Part shown: positions 23,991 to 37,868 of the stretch, piece after piece | How the letters are laid out: each line of letters starts with the position of its first letter | Position numbering within the stretch: the stretch's first letter is position 1 | Assembly (NCBI GenBank): GCA_048593225.1 | Contig: CM109174.1 | Location: 125,747,754-125,811,753 of the forward strand | Length of the DNA: 64,000 nucleotides | Direction: 5' to 3' | From: Sarcophilus harrisii | Lineage: Eukaryota | The notes under the pieces: model-generated | Databases searched by the model: none | Told to the model about the DNA's origin: nothing | The model's input: only the letters and a program-made list of their open reading frames with translations | Position numbers and translations under genes: made by a program

Positions 23991-26223
23991 TTCTATGTGA
24001 TAACATAAATACTATCCTGTACCAAACATGGATTTATTACTTTGAATGTTTATATAATACTTAGGGATTTGGTTATTTCCCTCTGAAGAAACCTAGACAT
24101 ATTCTATATTTAAACTACATATGGTGACTCAGAAAAAATCTGGGTAGGAGCAAATGAATCAAAAGTGAAAATTGCCTTTAGGGCCCAGATCCTAAATTAG
24201 ATTTAGTCTTTGTCAATCTGGAATTTGGAGATCCTTAAGCCATGGATTACAAAATTACAAAATTCTCTTCATGGGTCAGGGGGTTACCCTCAGTCATCCT
24301 TCTCTTCTGAGATGAAGATGACTGAATTCTGGAGATTGATCTTAGGGACCCAGTTCTGGGAAGGATAATCATAGGCGCATATAATGTTAGATTTGTAAAG
24401 AACCATTGAGATAATCTAATCTAATCTCCCTATTTTATATATGAAGAAACTGAGACTCAGTGTGGAGAAGTACCTTGTCCAAGATTGGAACTGGTACTAC
24501 AATTGGTTGCTCTTGGTTGCTCTTTCTAGTAAAACCCACTGCTGTCAAGATTGGGGGTTCAGAACATCCAGGATTCAGAACAGAGAAGAGAGGATAAAGT
24601 TAGAGGTCTATCAGAGAAGTCACATAGTCTCTTAAAGGTTGTAGGTGGCAGCAGGTGTGGACCAAGAAATCCTAATAATAGTTGATAATTTATATGGCAC
24701 TATATGGTTTACAAAGGTCTTTATATAATCTAACTCATTCAAGCATTATCCCAATCTTCTGTGATACTACAATGGGGAGGATTATTTTCATTCTTTAATA
24801 GAGAAAAATGGATCTCTAGTTTAGGTGACTTGCTCATGGTCACACAAATAGTTAATGTTAGAAGTGGGATTTGAATCTCTATTATCTGACTATCCATCTC
24901 AAGGATGAACAAGCAAGGGGAAAAAACAAGCAAACATGTTTTAGGATGAGGAGGAGAGTAGTAAAGTGTGGGGGAGCAGGATTCTTGGAGAGGAGCTGAA
25001 GGAAGGTACTTCCTCTATATCAACCAACCTGTATAACAAGATTACAGGTTTGGTAAACACTTCTATCACTTCATTCTTGGGGAAAAGGTGGTCCTTGTTG
25101 GTCCTTATTTGCTCTTAAGAAAATATCTTGGCTAATTTCTAATAAGGAACTAGTCCACTGAGGGAATTTCTCAGTATAATAAACCCATTTTGCCAAAAAC
25201 TTCCCTTGGAGATTGGGACTGTGAATTCTTTTGCAAAACTTGTGACACCAGCCTGGGGACTCCCATTGCTGTTAGGGTATCTCTTACCTCTCAACACTTC
25301 GATATCTCTAGCTATTGCCAAAACTGGTTGACTGCTTCCAAGTGCCAGAAATTCCTAATGACCATATAGAGTGTAGCTAGAAGATCAACTAATTGGTTGA
25401 TCTTATAGCCCCTTTCTATTTTCAGAACCACTTCATTTAGGGATAATCTCCGATAAGGCACTGAGCTCCAAGGAAAAGATTTCCCAAAGGGTGGACAATT
25501 AATAAAAATTTATTAAGCACCAACTAGGTACCAGGAACTGTGCTAAAAGCTGAGGATACAAAAAGAAATAAAAGGGCCTGCCCTCAAGGAGCCTGAAATT
25601 CAATGGGAAACAACAAGTAAGCAAATATGTAAAATAAGCATAAGTAAGAAATAGATTAAAGAGGGGCAGCACCAGATTTGAAAAAGAATTCCTGTAAAAA
25701 GTGAGATTTTAGCTGGGATTCAAAAAAAGCCAGGGAATGTGGTAGATGGAGATGAGGAGGGAAAGCATTCCAGGCATAACTGACACTGAAGAAAATGCAG
25801 GGGAAAAAGAACGGGATAGAGGTGGGAAAGGGAGAGGTGGGAGCTAAGATGACAGAGTAAAAGAATTTTTGCCAGTGTGCTCTCAACACAGCCCTCCAAA
25901 CAACTTTAAAAAGCACAGTCAAACTGAATTCGAGTAAAAAAGCCAAAACAACAACAAAAAGAAAGAAAATATTCTCTGTATTAGCTCACCTGAGCCCAAC
26001 CACAGCCCTATAAAATTAAGAGAGATGTTATCTTCATTTTATTGAAAAGAAAACCGGCTCAGAGAGGTTAAGACTGTTTGAGATACTCCCAAGTGTCCTT
26101 CGGCCTGATATCAGAAAGAATTACTGCACTTTGAGATGGACACAAACATAGGGACGCTTGCTCTGGGTTAGAGACATACAACAGAAGCATACTCCCACAC
26201 ACTGGCTTTAGCAACATCCTTTT

Positions 26224-26229
26224 ATTTGA
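26224..26229 (-). terminator. ZG16: ZG16 polyadenylation signal AATAAA (minus strand)
   Basis: The plus strand reads 'cttttatttg' about 100 nt downstream of the stop codon. Confidence 0.5.
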
Positions 26230-26329
26230 ACCCGTTAGTGGTGGGGGGTGGCGGGGAGGGAGAGGCTCAGGGGTGACAGGGACTTCTTTGTTCAGGAGAG
26301 GCCCTCCTGGGTCGGCTGCGTCTGGATGT

Positions 26330-26645
26330 TTAGCAGCTGCTGCATTCACTGGGGTAAACATCCCAGTGCAGACCAATTGCGTTGATGAGGGAGCCCGAGC
26401 GGCCACTGAAGAATCGCAGAACTGTGTTGGGGTACAGTGGGGCAGCATTGAAGCTGGTGCCCGTGTCCTTGCCAAAAGGCAGATAGCGGCCCTTGTCTGT
26501 CACAAAGACCAGCTTCCGAACATAGTACTTATATTTGCCAGACACTTGGATGATTGACTCCCCGGGGTACAGGAAAATCTCCTCCAGGTCACCCTGAGAA
26601 CCCCCAACATAGTTGCTCCATTCCTTGCCGTATCGGACCTGGAGG
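26330..26645 (-). CDS. ZG16: ZG16 exon 3 (jacalin-like lectin domain, stop TAA at 26332-26330)
   Basis: The acceptor is ccccag|CCTCCAGG. The translation '(G)LQVRYGKEWSNYVGGSQGDLEEIFLYPGESIIQVSGKYKYYVRKLVFVTDKGRYLPFGKDTGTSFNAAPLYPNTVLRFFSGRSGSLINAIGLHWDVYPSECSSC*' is close to human ZG16. Confidence 0.85.
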
Positions 26646-27429
26646 CTGGGGTTGGGGGAGGAAGGAGAAAAGAAAAAGGGAGGGAGGTATTTAGCGTCCT
26701 GCCAGCAAGAAAAGCAGAATAATGTGCTGGCTGGGAGACTGAATATTATATATTATAAACATGGCAGACATCTATCAAGCACCTATTCTATATAAAACAC
26801 TGTGCCAGATAGAGAGGAGATATGTATTTAGATAGAATATTATACCCTTAATAATAATAAGCAAGCACCTAAATAGCGCCTTAAAGTTTGCAAAGTTCTT
26901 TACTAATATTATCTTATCCTTGCAGCAATCCTGGGAGAAGATGCTATTATGTCACATAGTATTTCCTGATTCTAGTTTCCTAGCCCTGGATTCCAGTCCC
27001 AGCTCTGTGACATACTAGCTGTGTGACCTTGGGGCAGGTCACCTCTCTAAGATTTAGTTTTCCTATCAGTTGAAGGCGTTGGGACTGATGATATCTAAGC
27101 ATCTCCTTCCTCCAACTGAAAGAGGCTGTTTTCTGGTTCGCTTTCTTACCTGTAAGTAGTTAAATATCAAATAGCCTCTAAGATGCTGGCAAACTCTAAA
27201 TCTAGAGTCCTATGATATGACAACAGCCAATATTTATATAATTTTATATATCAATATTATATATTGATTTCCCTGATAGGCCTCTAACTTTATCCTCTTC
27301 TCTGTTCTAAATCCTGGATGTTCTGAACCTCAAATCTTGACAGCAATATGTCTTACTAGAAAGAACATTTATATGTTAAAATTTGTCGAGTCTTTCAAAT
27401 AATGTTATAGCATTTATAACACACAATAT

Positions 27430-27720
27430 AGGTGAAAGTGCTATTATTGTGCTTATTTTACAGATAAGGAAACTGAGGCAAAGAAATGTTAGCCTAGGCA
27501 CACAGTGTCTTAGGCAGAATTTGAACTCAGGTTTTCCTGACTCCAGATCCAGAACTCCCTCTATTACATCAACTAGCTGCCTCTTTAAATCTCTATTTTG
27601 TTTGTTTAGTCATTTCAGTCATGTGTGACTGTTTATGACTCCATTTGAAGTTTTGCTTTCAAAGATAATGGCATGATTTATCATTTCCTTCTCCAACAAA
27701 CCTATATAAACCCCATTCAA
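27430..27720 (-). mobile_element. MIR-type SINE copies
   Basis: They contain 'ttttacagataaggaaactgaggcaaag...gaatttgaactcaggttttcctgactccag' and 'gtcatgtgtgactgtttatgactccatttg'. Confidence 0.6.
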
Positions 27721-28996
27721 GAAAAGAAGATGAAATTGATCACAGCGAATGAAATGTTCCTTGCAGAATAAAAAAAGGGAATCAATGTGAAAGTGAAGAA
27801 GGAAAAAGGATCTGAGGAGAGGAATCTTGATCTGTATCTGAAAGCAGGAGAGCAGAAGAAAGTGGCAGAAGAGAAAGGGAAAAGGACCTTTGAACAACTG
27901 GGAGCAAAGTCATTAAAAAAGAGGGGTCTCCTGATGGGGAGGGTATTGTGCTGTCTAAGGAGGAAGCAGCTGCTTGTCTTCCAAGGATCCCTCTTTGGAG
28001 GGATCCACTGCTGCTATCAGGAGAGAAATCTTCAGGTCAGGGTTGGAGGAGAAAGAAATGAATAATCTTGGTTTCTGATTCCTTGGTAGTGAAATTTTGA
28101 GGCAGTTCTTTGTTAACTTGGCACTAAAAATAAGGAGAACAAGCCAAGGTATGAATCCAGGAGGCTACAGAGAAACTCCAAAGACTTTTCAAACCCACTG
28201 ACTGCTAACTATTTCTTATGATGCATGTGGGCACCAATGATAAAACCAGAAGGAATCTCAAAGCATTGTCAGGGTTAATGAAGTTTGGGGAAAAAAAATT
28301 GAAGGTTCTCAGTGCTGTCAATCAAAGGCAAAAGTTTCAGAAGAAAAAGGCCATTCTGGGAAGTAAACACTTGATCCAGCATTTAGCACAGTACCTGGCA
28401 CACAGTAGGACCTTAACTAATATTTAATTTTTGTTTGGGTGACTGGTTGGGAAGATGTTAGGCAATCACCTTTGTTTTCTGGAAGATATTAGGCAATAGG
28501 CTTTGTTTTCTGGACCCTAGCCTAAAATATATGAAAGATGTGATTTTGGCCAGGGATAAAGAATATCTAATAAGGACTGGTAAGGTTTTTGACTGGAAGC
28601 TTTCAAATATAATCAAAAGGGATTAAAGCTGAAAATAAAGTAGGAAAATAAAACTGCCTACCAGTCTTTATAGAACTAGCTAATGTAAAAAATAGTGCCA
28701 ATGTAGGAAATATAGCAATAGAGATTCCAGAGATTCACAGGAGACAAACCTGGTAGAAGCCAGTGATAGGCATTTACACATAAATGCCCCAAATATTGGC
28801 AACAAGTAAAACGAAGGATTCTAAAGCAAGGAATCTGACTATGCCCTGAGACTTGGTAGAGGGGGACTCATGATTGGAATATGTCCTTGGAAGGAGATGC
28901 TTTATTAAAAAACAACACAACAGGAAAGATAAATGAGAGGGTAGAAGATTAACTGAGGGATGAGTAGTGAGGGCCAGCCCCACTGGGGATCCTCAC

Positions 28997-29129
28997 CCAA
29001 CAATGTAGTATCTGTTGACCCGGATTCGGATGGCAGTGATGGGGCCATCTAGCTGATTGCCTGAGTGGGAGAAGCGTTCTCCTCCGCCTCCTCCGTACTC
29101 CCCATTGTAGGAGGATGATCGTGGCTGAA
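28997..29129 (-). CDS. ZG16: ZG16 exon 2
   Basis: The acceptor is tctccag|TTCAGCC and the donor is TTGTTGG|gtgagg. The translation 'VQPRSSSYNGEYGGGGGERFSHSGNQLDGPITAIRIRVNRYYIVG' matches human 'IQARSSSYSGEYGSGGGKRFSHSGNQLDGPITALRVRVNTYYIVG'. Confidence 0.85.
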
Positions 29130-29321
29130 CTGGAGACAAAACAAGTGATAAAGGGGATAAAGAAAGTGGCAATTCTACTAAGACTCTGTCACCATCCCTA
29201 GGAGTTCTTCCACAGATCTGCATCCTCTCCAGACCCAAGCTTGAATGTCTATTCCATACACCTCTCACAGTACCAGGTTCTTTCTCTGATATTAGGCATC
29301 CTATACCTACAGATCACTTAC

Positions 29322-29370
29322 CGGATTCAGCTGAGACACAGAACAGGGCGAGGAGAACCAAAGCCAACAT
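29322..29370 (-). CDS. ZG16: ZG16 exon 1, coding part (signal peptide)
   Basis: The minus-strand ATG is at 29370. The translation 'MLALVLLALFCVSAES' plus a split G matches the human ZG16 'MLTVALLALLCASASG' signal peptide. The donor is CCG|gtaagtg. Confidence 0.75.
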
Positions 29371-30559
29371 CCTAGGAGTCAAGAAGAAAGGAATTAACAT
29401 CCGATCCAATCACCCTGCTTACCTAATTCAGTCCTAGGCCTCCTAACCAGCTACCCCAGACCCTGGCACCCCCACACCCTGACTCAGAGCCCTTCAAGTC
29501 TGCCTTCCTAACTCTGGTATCCTCATTCCCTAACTCATGGCTCTAACAAATCTACAGCGACTACTCATCCTCCTAATTTAGGACCTGGCATCCCCTACCC
29601 CCTCACCTGGCAGATCTTGGTATAGTGGAAACTTAGTGAAAAGCCAAGTCCTTTTTATCTCAGGCCCAGACCCTCCCCTATTTCTTATCGTGCGAACTTC
29701 ACCTCCTGAACAAATACTATAAAGTCATTAGGGTCAGGTGTGGCATAGAGAGGGGGATATCTCTCACTGGTCCCCTCCCAATTTGGGGTTTCTTCCAGGA
29801 TTGTAGCTGGCTGAACCAGGATCCCAGATCAAAAAGAGTCAAGATGATGGGGTGGGGTAGTCATGGGCAGCAGAGGGAGAGATCTAAGAGAAGGGGCAGC
29901 CTGAACAGCATGACATTGAAAGTATTGGAAAAGGTTACCCTGTCCAAAATTTCTCTTATGCTGCTTTTTACAATGCCTGAAATTCTACCATTAGTGATCT
30001 CTTTCTTTACATCAATCACTTTTCTCTATAGGCTTTTAAAAGTCCCAGAAGATATTCAGTTTTTCTCACCTCAATGTAAATGAATTGTTCAGGGACTCAA
30101 TACAGCAAGAGAAGAGGTCAAGGCTGACAAAAGAGAAATGAGATTAGACAGGAGGAGGACTGTATCAACTTCATTTCCTTCACTCTTATTTTGTTTACTA
30201 GCCTTTAGGACAGACACAGTCCAGTCAAAGAGAGAACGTAGCCTAGATCCCTTCAGAGAAAATGCATTAACCTACACTTGAGCTGATAAAAACAATTTGA
30301 ATTTTTATAATCCTGTAATTGTAATCCCGTTGTTATAACCTTCCTATGAGGTAGCTGGAACAAGCATTAACAACATTTTGCAGATAAGGAAACTGAAGCT
30401 TTAAAAATTGGATTGCCTTGCCTAAGATCATGCATCAGTATTAGAGTTATGATTTAATTCCATGTCACCCAATTCCAAATCTAGCTCTGCTTCTACTATA
30501 CCACTGGCCTAAAGTTCTTTGTGAGTGGGCCTCAGATAGGGGCTTGGGCTAGAATTATT

Positions 30560-30800
30560 TTCTTCCTCTTCCTGGCCCCTTTTCTCTGTCTACTTCTTTC
30601 TCCCTCCTATTTCTACTTTCTGTCTACTTCACTGTCACTTCTCTCTTCTTCATTTTTCCTGCCTCTCTCTTTCCTTTTGTTTTTCTCTCTATAGCTCTTT
30701 CCTTACCCCTTCTCTTTTCCTGAGTGTCCATCTTCCTTTCTCTTCCTGTACCTCCCTAATCTCTCTCTCTCTCTCTCTCATCTCCTCCATCCCTGCTCCT
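30560..30800. repeat. CT-rich polypyrimidine tract ending in (TC)n
   Basis: The stretch is visibly more than 90% pyrimidine and ends with (ct)11 at about 30768-30790. Confidence 0.7.
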
Positions 30801-32789
30801 AGAGACTTATGTACCCCCTCAAATATTCCCTCTTCCTAACCCACCCCACCTGTCTGGGCTTAGTCGATATCTGGGAGAAGAGTTCATCCCAATATCCAAT
30901 CCGTTGTCAAGTCTTGTCATCTTTCTCTTATTAAATCCCCTTCTCTTCCTTAACACAGCCGCAACACTAGATAGATTCTCATACCCTCTCACCCAGACTC
31001 TTGCTATAAGTCTAATGGGTCTCCTTGCCTTGCTCCAGTCCATCCTGTGCTCAGCTGCTAAGGTGTTGTGTTATTTATTTTATTTTTTCTAGAATGTACA
31101 TCTAGCCCTGTCAAGCTCCAGTGGCTCGCTGTGACCTTCAGAATCAAATATAAACCACACTTTTTGGCATTTAAAGCTCTTTATAACTTGGCTGCTTCCT
31201 ATCTTTCCAGTTTTTCAGTTGACTCATTTCCACATGCTCTCTGATCCACGTAAACTGGCCTATTTCCATTGATAAACACAGCACTACATCTCCTATGCTC
31301 TGTCCCCCGGGGTCCTACTGCTCTGCTACCTATCTTCTTCCTCTTAGTTTTCCTGGATTCCTTCAAAATTAAGCTCAAATAAAACCTTCTATTTGAGGCC
31401 TTTCCTGTTTCTCCAGCCTTGAGTGCTTTTCCCTCCTCAATTACCTTTCATTTATTCAATATAAATACAAACTAGGTCCCAAAGTTTGAATAATGAAGGA
31501 AGAAAATAGCATTTATTAAGTATCTACTATGTGCTAAACACTGTGTTAAGTACTTTAAAAATATCATTTCACTTGATCATCACAACAGCCCTGAGAAACG
31601 GGTACTATTATTATCCCTATTTCACTATGGCAGGAGATTGGCATGGAAGGTTAGAGTGTGGGGACACCCAACTTGGAAGACAAGTAGATGTGTGGAAGAG
31701 ATTCATAAAAGTCCTGGCTCTAAAACTCTCATACATGTTATACAGTTTAATGATCTCTACTTGTTGTTTGGGGTAGGTAGTGTGAGAGCTGGTTCCTAAA
31801 TGCTTAAGATAGAACAGTAAGAGCAATTAAGTATAGTCCTGAGAAGAGGACCATGACAAGAGGTACATGGTAATTTGAAACTGTGATGAGATGCAGAGGG
31901 TGATTAGAGTATTCAGTAGTTTCCAGACTTTGTGTAGCAATACCTCATTTTACAAAAATTACTGTGCCCCATTCCCATCTTACAAAATAATCCATGCAGA
32001 TAATTTTCTTAGATCATATTATATTTAATAACATTAATAATTTATTATGTTTTTCTAACTATACAAATACTAAATCTGAATGTACAATAAAAATAAAATA
32101 TTTAATAATATAAATTATCTCTACATTGTGTTCATAGGAACATAGATTTAGAGATGGAAATGGCCTTTCAAATCAGGGATACTTAGCCTTTATTGTATCA
32201 TGGATCCCTTTGGTGGGCCTATGAAGCCTTCTTCTCAGAAGAATGTTTTTATATGCATTTAAAAAAAGACAAAGGATTACAAAGGAAACCCAATTTTATT
32301 GAAATAAAGATAGTTTTTTTTCCCCACCCAAGTCTATGAATCTATCCACTCACCAAGTTAAGAATCCTTATTCTTAGCCATCTAATCCCCTCATTTTTCA
32401 GTTGAGGAATTCAAGGCTCAGAGAGGTTAATTACTTGCCTAAGGTCCCACAGATAGTAAGTAGCAGAACATAACTTTAAACCCTCTCTTCTGATTCCAAA
32501 TCTAGTACTCTTTCTTTAAAAACAATTGATGATGTACTTGTTTTTTCTTAAACATCACCATAATTTCCCCAGTATTCCTACCCAAGCCTCTTCTAGAGAT
32601 ACATTCCATACAATAAATAACATTTTTTAAAAATAAAAAAAGAAAAGGAAAAGAGTTGATGCTGTAAGTAAATGAATAAATCAGATCAATACATTGAAAA
32701 ACTCTGAAAATATGTGCAATATATACATTTGCAAGGGAGTGGTTGGGGGATTTCTTTTCGTTATCTCATGATAGTTCTTTGTAATTTGC

Positions 32790-35600
32790 AACATTCTTTT
32801 TTTTTTTTTTTTTTTTTTTTTTCTTTAAGGTAGTTCTTTCCACTTACATTTTCTGGCCTGTTTATAATTGTTTTCTTGACTCTGCTTGTTTCATTCTGCC
32901 TCAATTCATGTAGATTTTTACATATTTCTCTATATTCATTGTTTTTATAATATTATTATATTCCTGTCCACAACTTGTTTTTTAACTCTTTAGTTGACAA
33001 GCATCTATTTTATTTCCAGTTATTTTTGCTATCACAAAAAAATGTGACTATAAATGCTTTGGTGCATATATGGACTTTCTTTTTAACAATAGCTTTCTTG
33101 GATCATGAACTTAGAGATGGAATCTTACAGTCAAGGAGTATGGACATTTTAGTCACTTCATTTACACAACTCAAAATTATTTTTTAATAATTGTATTGAT
33201 TCACAGCTCTATCAACAATATATGGTGAGCTTTTTACCCCACAATTTCTTAATCATAGACTGTTCCCATCTTTTGCCATCTTTGGCACTTTGCAAGATCT
33301 AAGGTGAAATCTCAGGGTTGTTTTGGTTTATATTTCTTTTATTATTAGTGATTTGATACATTCTTTCATATGTTTATTAATTTGTGATTTTTCTTTTGAG
33401 AACTATTTGTTCATACTCTTTGGTTGGTTGTTGACAGGGAAATAGAAACATTTTGTGGTCTTATACATTATAAGTTAATTGTCTATATAGCTTGGATACC
33501 ATAAACCTTTATCAGGGAAATTCGATTCAAAGATTTTCCCCACTTGACCACTTCCCTTCTTATGTTAAGTGCATTATTTTTGTGTTTATAGAAGTTTTTG
33601 ATTTCATGTAATCAAAATTATCTATTTTATCTTTTGTAATTGTCTCTATTCTTTCTTTGTTTAAGAAACATCTAGCCATAGCTGTGAGAAATATATAATC
33701 TGTTTTTCTTCTAATTTTTTTATAGTATGATCTTTAATCTTAAAGTAATTGTAAATTTGATAATATCACCTTTTTTTTGTTATACTGACAGTCATAAGCA
33801 ATGAATATTCCTAGTTACTTAAGTTGCTCTTTATTTAAAGAGTACTTTGGAATGGAATCTGAGTATTTTATGGGGTTTGTTAGATTGATCCCCAGATATC
33901 TTATGCATTTTGTGGTGGTGGTTGTTGTTTTGCTTGGGATTTCCCTTTCTATTATTGCTTCTTAGATTTTATTATTATCATCTAGAAATACTATTGAATT
34001 TTGAGGGTTTCTTTTTTAGATTGTAAATTTGATAAAGTTATTATCCTAATTAGTATCTTTGTTAATAACCTAAGATTTTCTTGTACATTATTATGTCATC
34101 AGCAAATAAAGATAGCTCTTCTTTAGTCTCTCTTTACCTCTTTTTATATTTGTAATTGCTTTCTTTTGAATACTGTTATTTCACTATTCTATTGCCAGTT
34201 AAAAGAAAAAAAAAACACAAAATATGAGCAGGCCTCTATCTTTAAATTTCCATGCTCTGATGTGCTAGATACCTAGGGCCAAGGGTTGAGGAAAGGTGTA
34301 GATAAAGAAGGAACAATGAGAAAACTGATTTGATGATGATTCCAGAATTGAGGGAGGGAGGAAGGAAGAGAAAAAAATATTGAAGAGAGAACAAGGAGAC
34401 TGGTGGGAAGAAGTATTGGGAATGAAGTGACATAGCTAGGGCTTTTCTTGAAATAGTAGTTTGGGAAAAGTAGTCACCAATCAAGAAGTAGATTCCAGGG
34501 AAAAAATTTTTCTGTGACAGAAAAGCACATGGTAAGGAAGACATGGTTGTGAAAGTGAAATGTAAAGTTAGAGTAGAATATGAGAATAATAATAGAATAT
34601 TTGAACTGAAAAAGATTTTGGATATCTCTTCATTTTGGGACTCTCCTTTCAATTAATTAACAATCATTTATTAAATCTCTACTCTGTGCATGGTGCTGTG
34701 CTTCTAGAAATACAAACTCTAAAATAAAACAGATCCTATACTCAAGGAATTTATGAAGTAAAGATAAGATATTTTAGGGATTTAATGGTCATTTTTTAAA
34801 AGAATAATTTTTATTTTGAATTTAACAAACACCAAAATAAGTAAGTATTTTCATATAACAGTGAAAGAGAAAAAAGAAGATTGCACACAAAATGGTACCA
34901 ATTTCTTTTAAAATACATAGCAATTCAACATGTGGCTTTCAAAGCTGTCTTGCTGGACTAATTATTTCTGTGACTCTTTCTGTACTCCATTGTGCATTAA
35001 AATAAATGGTCCAATTTTTCTTTGAACTGGAAGCACTGGCTTTTGGCTGTGATGTTTCTGGAAGTGTTCCTTTTGAGGTTTCCTTCAGGAGGTAACTGAT
35101 GGATTCTTTCTATCTAAATTTTTGCTATTGTTGTTGTTGCTTCACTCTAGTGAATAGTCCTAATAGATTTGCGTTGTTTTCATTTATGATGTTTTTTGAA
35201 ACAAGATAGCCAGGATTTTTTAGGTATGATTTTCAGATAATTTGTTGATTCTAAGAACTCTAAGTTCTCTCCTTGAACTGTTTTCTATCCTACCTTATGT
35301 CTGATTTTTGCTTTAATATTTCTCACATGAAGAAGGCATTGCTTTCTGTCAGACCCATTCTAATTTTCAGGGAATTAAAATCTTAAGTAATGTTGATCAT
35401 TTGTTCTAAGCTATTAATTCTCTTTGTCATCTTGCCTTCCCAGATTTTCCTTTAACATTGTATCTCCTATTTGTTTCTAACTTTCATCCAGATCATTCTT
35501 TTGTTTGAGATTCTACTTGGACTTGCTTTTTAGTTATTCTTTTTTTTTTTTTTTTGGTTTTAACACGGCCTCTCCAGTCCAAGATATTTCTTAATTGTAT
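32790..35600 (-). mobile_element. L1, internally deleted (poly-T at 32790-32825, ORF2 C-terminal part 32830-34230, ORF1-like part about 34860-35560)
   Basis: Minus-sense translation of 32990-33060 gives 'FFVIAKITGNKIDACQLK', which resembles L1 ORF2 'FTIAKTWNQPKCPSMIDWIKK'. Motifs such as 'ccatataaacctttatcagggaaattcg' are typical of L1 ORF2. Confidence 0.45.
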
Positions 35601-37639
35601 TTGGTTTTTTTTAAGTGTATTTATATTTCTAGCCTTAGTTTTTGAATTAACTTTGTGTATCAGCAGTGTTCAGACTCTGCTTCTTCCATTTTCTTGGATT
35701 GTGTGGGTAGGTCCTCCTGGGTTCTGGAGATGGTGGATAAGGCTAGACCCTTCCTTCTGCAGAAATGATTGGATTTTGTCTCAGTCTCCGTAGACTTAGG
35801 TTTTGGCCTTGGCCATGTGAACACTGGTTTGACTCAGTTTCCTTGTTATGCTCCTGATTGGCTCTGAAGGCTGAGCTGGGGATGTGGGATGAGGATAATA
35901 GTCTAAGCATTTGCAGATTATCTGATGGCCAGTAGGATTGCAGCAGCCTTTTGAGAGGCCATATTACTTTATGTACCAAAGATGGCTATTGAATTAGTGG
36001 TTCAAGGAAAATACCACCTTGTAGATATGTCAGATATTGCATTCCTCGTTGGGTAATTAAATACAATCAGTTTTTTGTCTTGGGCAGCATCCAAGTTGAT
36101 TTGAACTGTTCACACTGCTATGCCTCTGTTGCAGTGATCCATGTCCCTCGCAGTGTACACACACAAGGGCATATACATACCTTCGTATTACATCTGGATA
36201 GAAGCTATAAATTTATTTTCTCTTCTTGGTTCCTCCTTACCTCTATCTACAGGCTGCTTAGCTTATCTCTTTCAGCCACTCCCTTCCTCTTCCTTTTGGT
36301 CCCAGGTCTTGGAGAAAATAAGGACTATTGGTTCTTTTTCCAGCTACAGTCCCACTGAGTCAAGACAATACTGCTTTTTTGGCAGGCCCAAGACACCTCA
36401 GAGTTTGTTCTTCTCTTTTCATCTGGTAGTTCTCTTTCCTGGGAGCCTACCTTCACAAGTCACTTTGTATAAGTTTCTAGCTGAGGATGACTTCCCCTAC
36501 ATTCTCTTTCCAGCTCCCTTAAATTCCCATGGAATTTTTAGAAGGGTCCATGTATTAGAACCATTGAAGAAAAATTACTAGTACTGAATTCTGAATTTTA
36601 GACACATATCTGACAGAAACAATTTAATTTATTTTTTAATATTAACTGAATATACAAACCACTTCTGGTTTGAGAAAGAGAGGACGAGAGGTTCAAACTG
36701 ACTCAGTTCCTCCATGATCTCCAACATAATTATCAACATATCTCCAAGATAATTAGAGTTAACATTTATTTATAGGAATCTTGAATAAAAAAAAAGATAA
36801 TGTTAAAATACAAATTGGAGGTTAACATTCCAAAATAACAGTGACTATTAGAGGATCAACTGTTATAATAATCAAAGGGATTTTTTTCCCCTTTTATCTC
36901 TTAATTTTTTGTTATTAGAGAAGGGAGGGCCATAGCACCAATCATTTCAAAAGCAGGGAAAGTCAATGATTTCAACAAAACCATAAATATTCTAAGTTTT
37001 GAGAGAGAAGTATCTTCCCTCCTAAATATATATCCCATTTCCCTAGCAACGATCTTTTGACCTATAACTTATCCTTCTTCAAATAGGAAAATTTAAAAAG
37101 ATGTTTTTGTTTTAAGGATATATTAAGAAAAACTATTTCTTAATATTTGTAACTTTGCTTAAAAGAGTTTTTAAAATATGCTTTGACAATGTTTTTCTCT
37201 ACTTTCTAAAAGAGTTTCAGTTTCTTTTGAGACTCATAGAAAGTAATTGAAAAGGAAGATGAATCAATCAAGATCCTCCTATTCACATTGTTTCTACATT
37301 TAACAGCAATTGCTATCTAAATGGAGTAAACAATCGTTATCTAAATTTCTGATAGTCTAACCACTATACCAATGGACTATATGCATAAAATTTTAATCCA
37401 TTAACAAGTACTATTAAGCTCCTACTATGTGTCAAGTGCTGTCTTAGCTTCTGAGAATATAAAATACAAGTAGCCAGGAGTTTCTGGACAGATGGAGATG
37501 AGATGCTCCCTTCTTTCAGACCTGGTTTCTTATTTGGTTTTCTACCAGCTCTCTGAGACTATAGGCATGTTGTAATGGAAGTAAGGGAGTGGAAAAGGGG
37601 AAATGGCATTAGCTAGTAGAGGTGGTGGTAGTTGTTTAG

Positions 37640-37868
37640 ACATTTTTTCTTCCTGACTCTTTGTGACCCCATTTGAGGTTTTCTTGGCAAAGATACTGAA
37701 GTGGTTTGCCATTTCCTTCTTTTGTTCATTCTGAGGAGGAAACTGAGACAAGCAAGGTTAAGTGAGTTGTTCAGGGTCACCTGGCTGGTGAGTGTCTTAG
37801 GATGGATTTAAACTCAGGTTTTCTTGATCCTAAGATCAGTGATCTATCTACTGTGCTACCTAGCTGTT
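37640..37868 (-). mobile_element. SINE (long form, tRNA head plus MIR core)
   Basis: It contains '...cctgactctttgtgaccccatttgaggttttcttggcaaagatactgaagtggtttgccatttcc...ctactgtgctacctagctg'. Confidence 0.8.

Noticed and set aside
29640-29665. Possible minus-strand TATA-like 'ataaaaag' about 285 nt upstream of the ZG16 ATG as its core promoter
   Set aside because: The TSS position is unknown and the motif is not at a canonical distance from anything verifiable, so it is too weak to annotate.
36141-36581. 146-aa ORF on the plus strand (36141..36581)
   Set aside because: It is low-complexity and Ser/Leu/Phe-rich, lies inside repeat-derived sequence, and has no splice or homology support.
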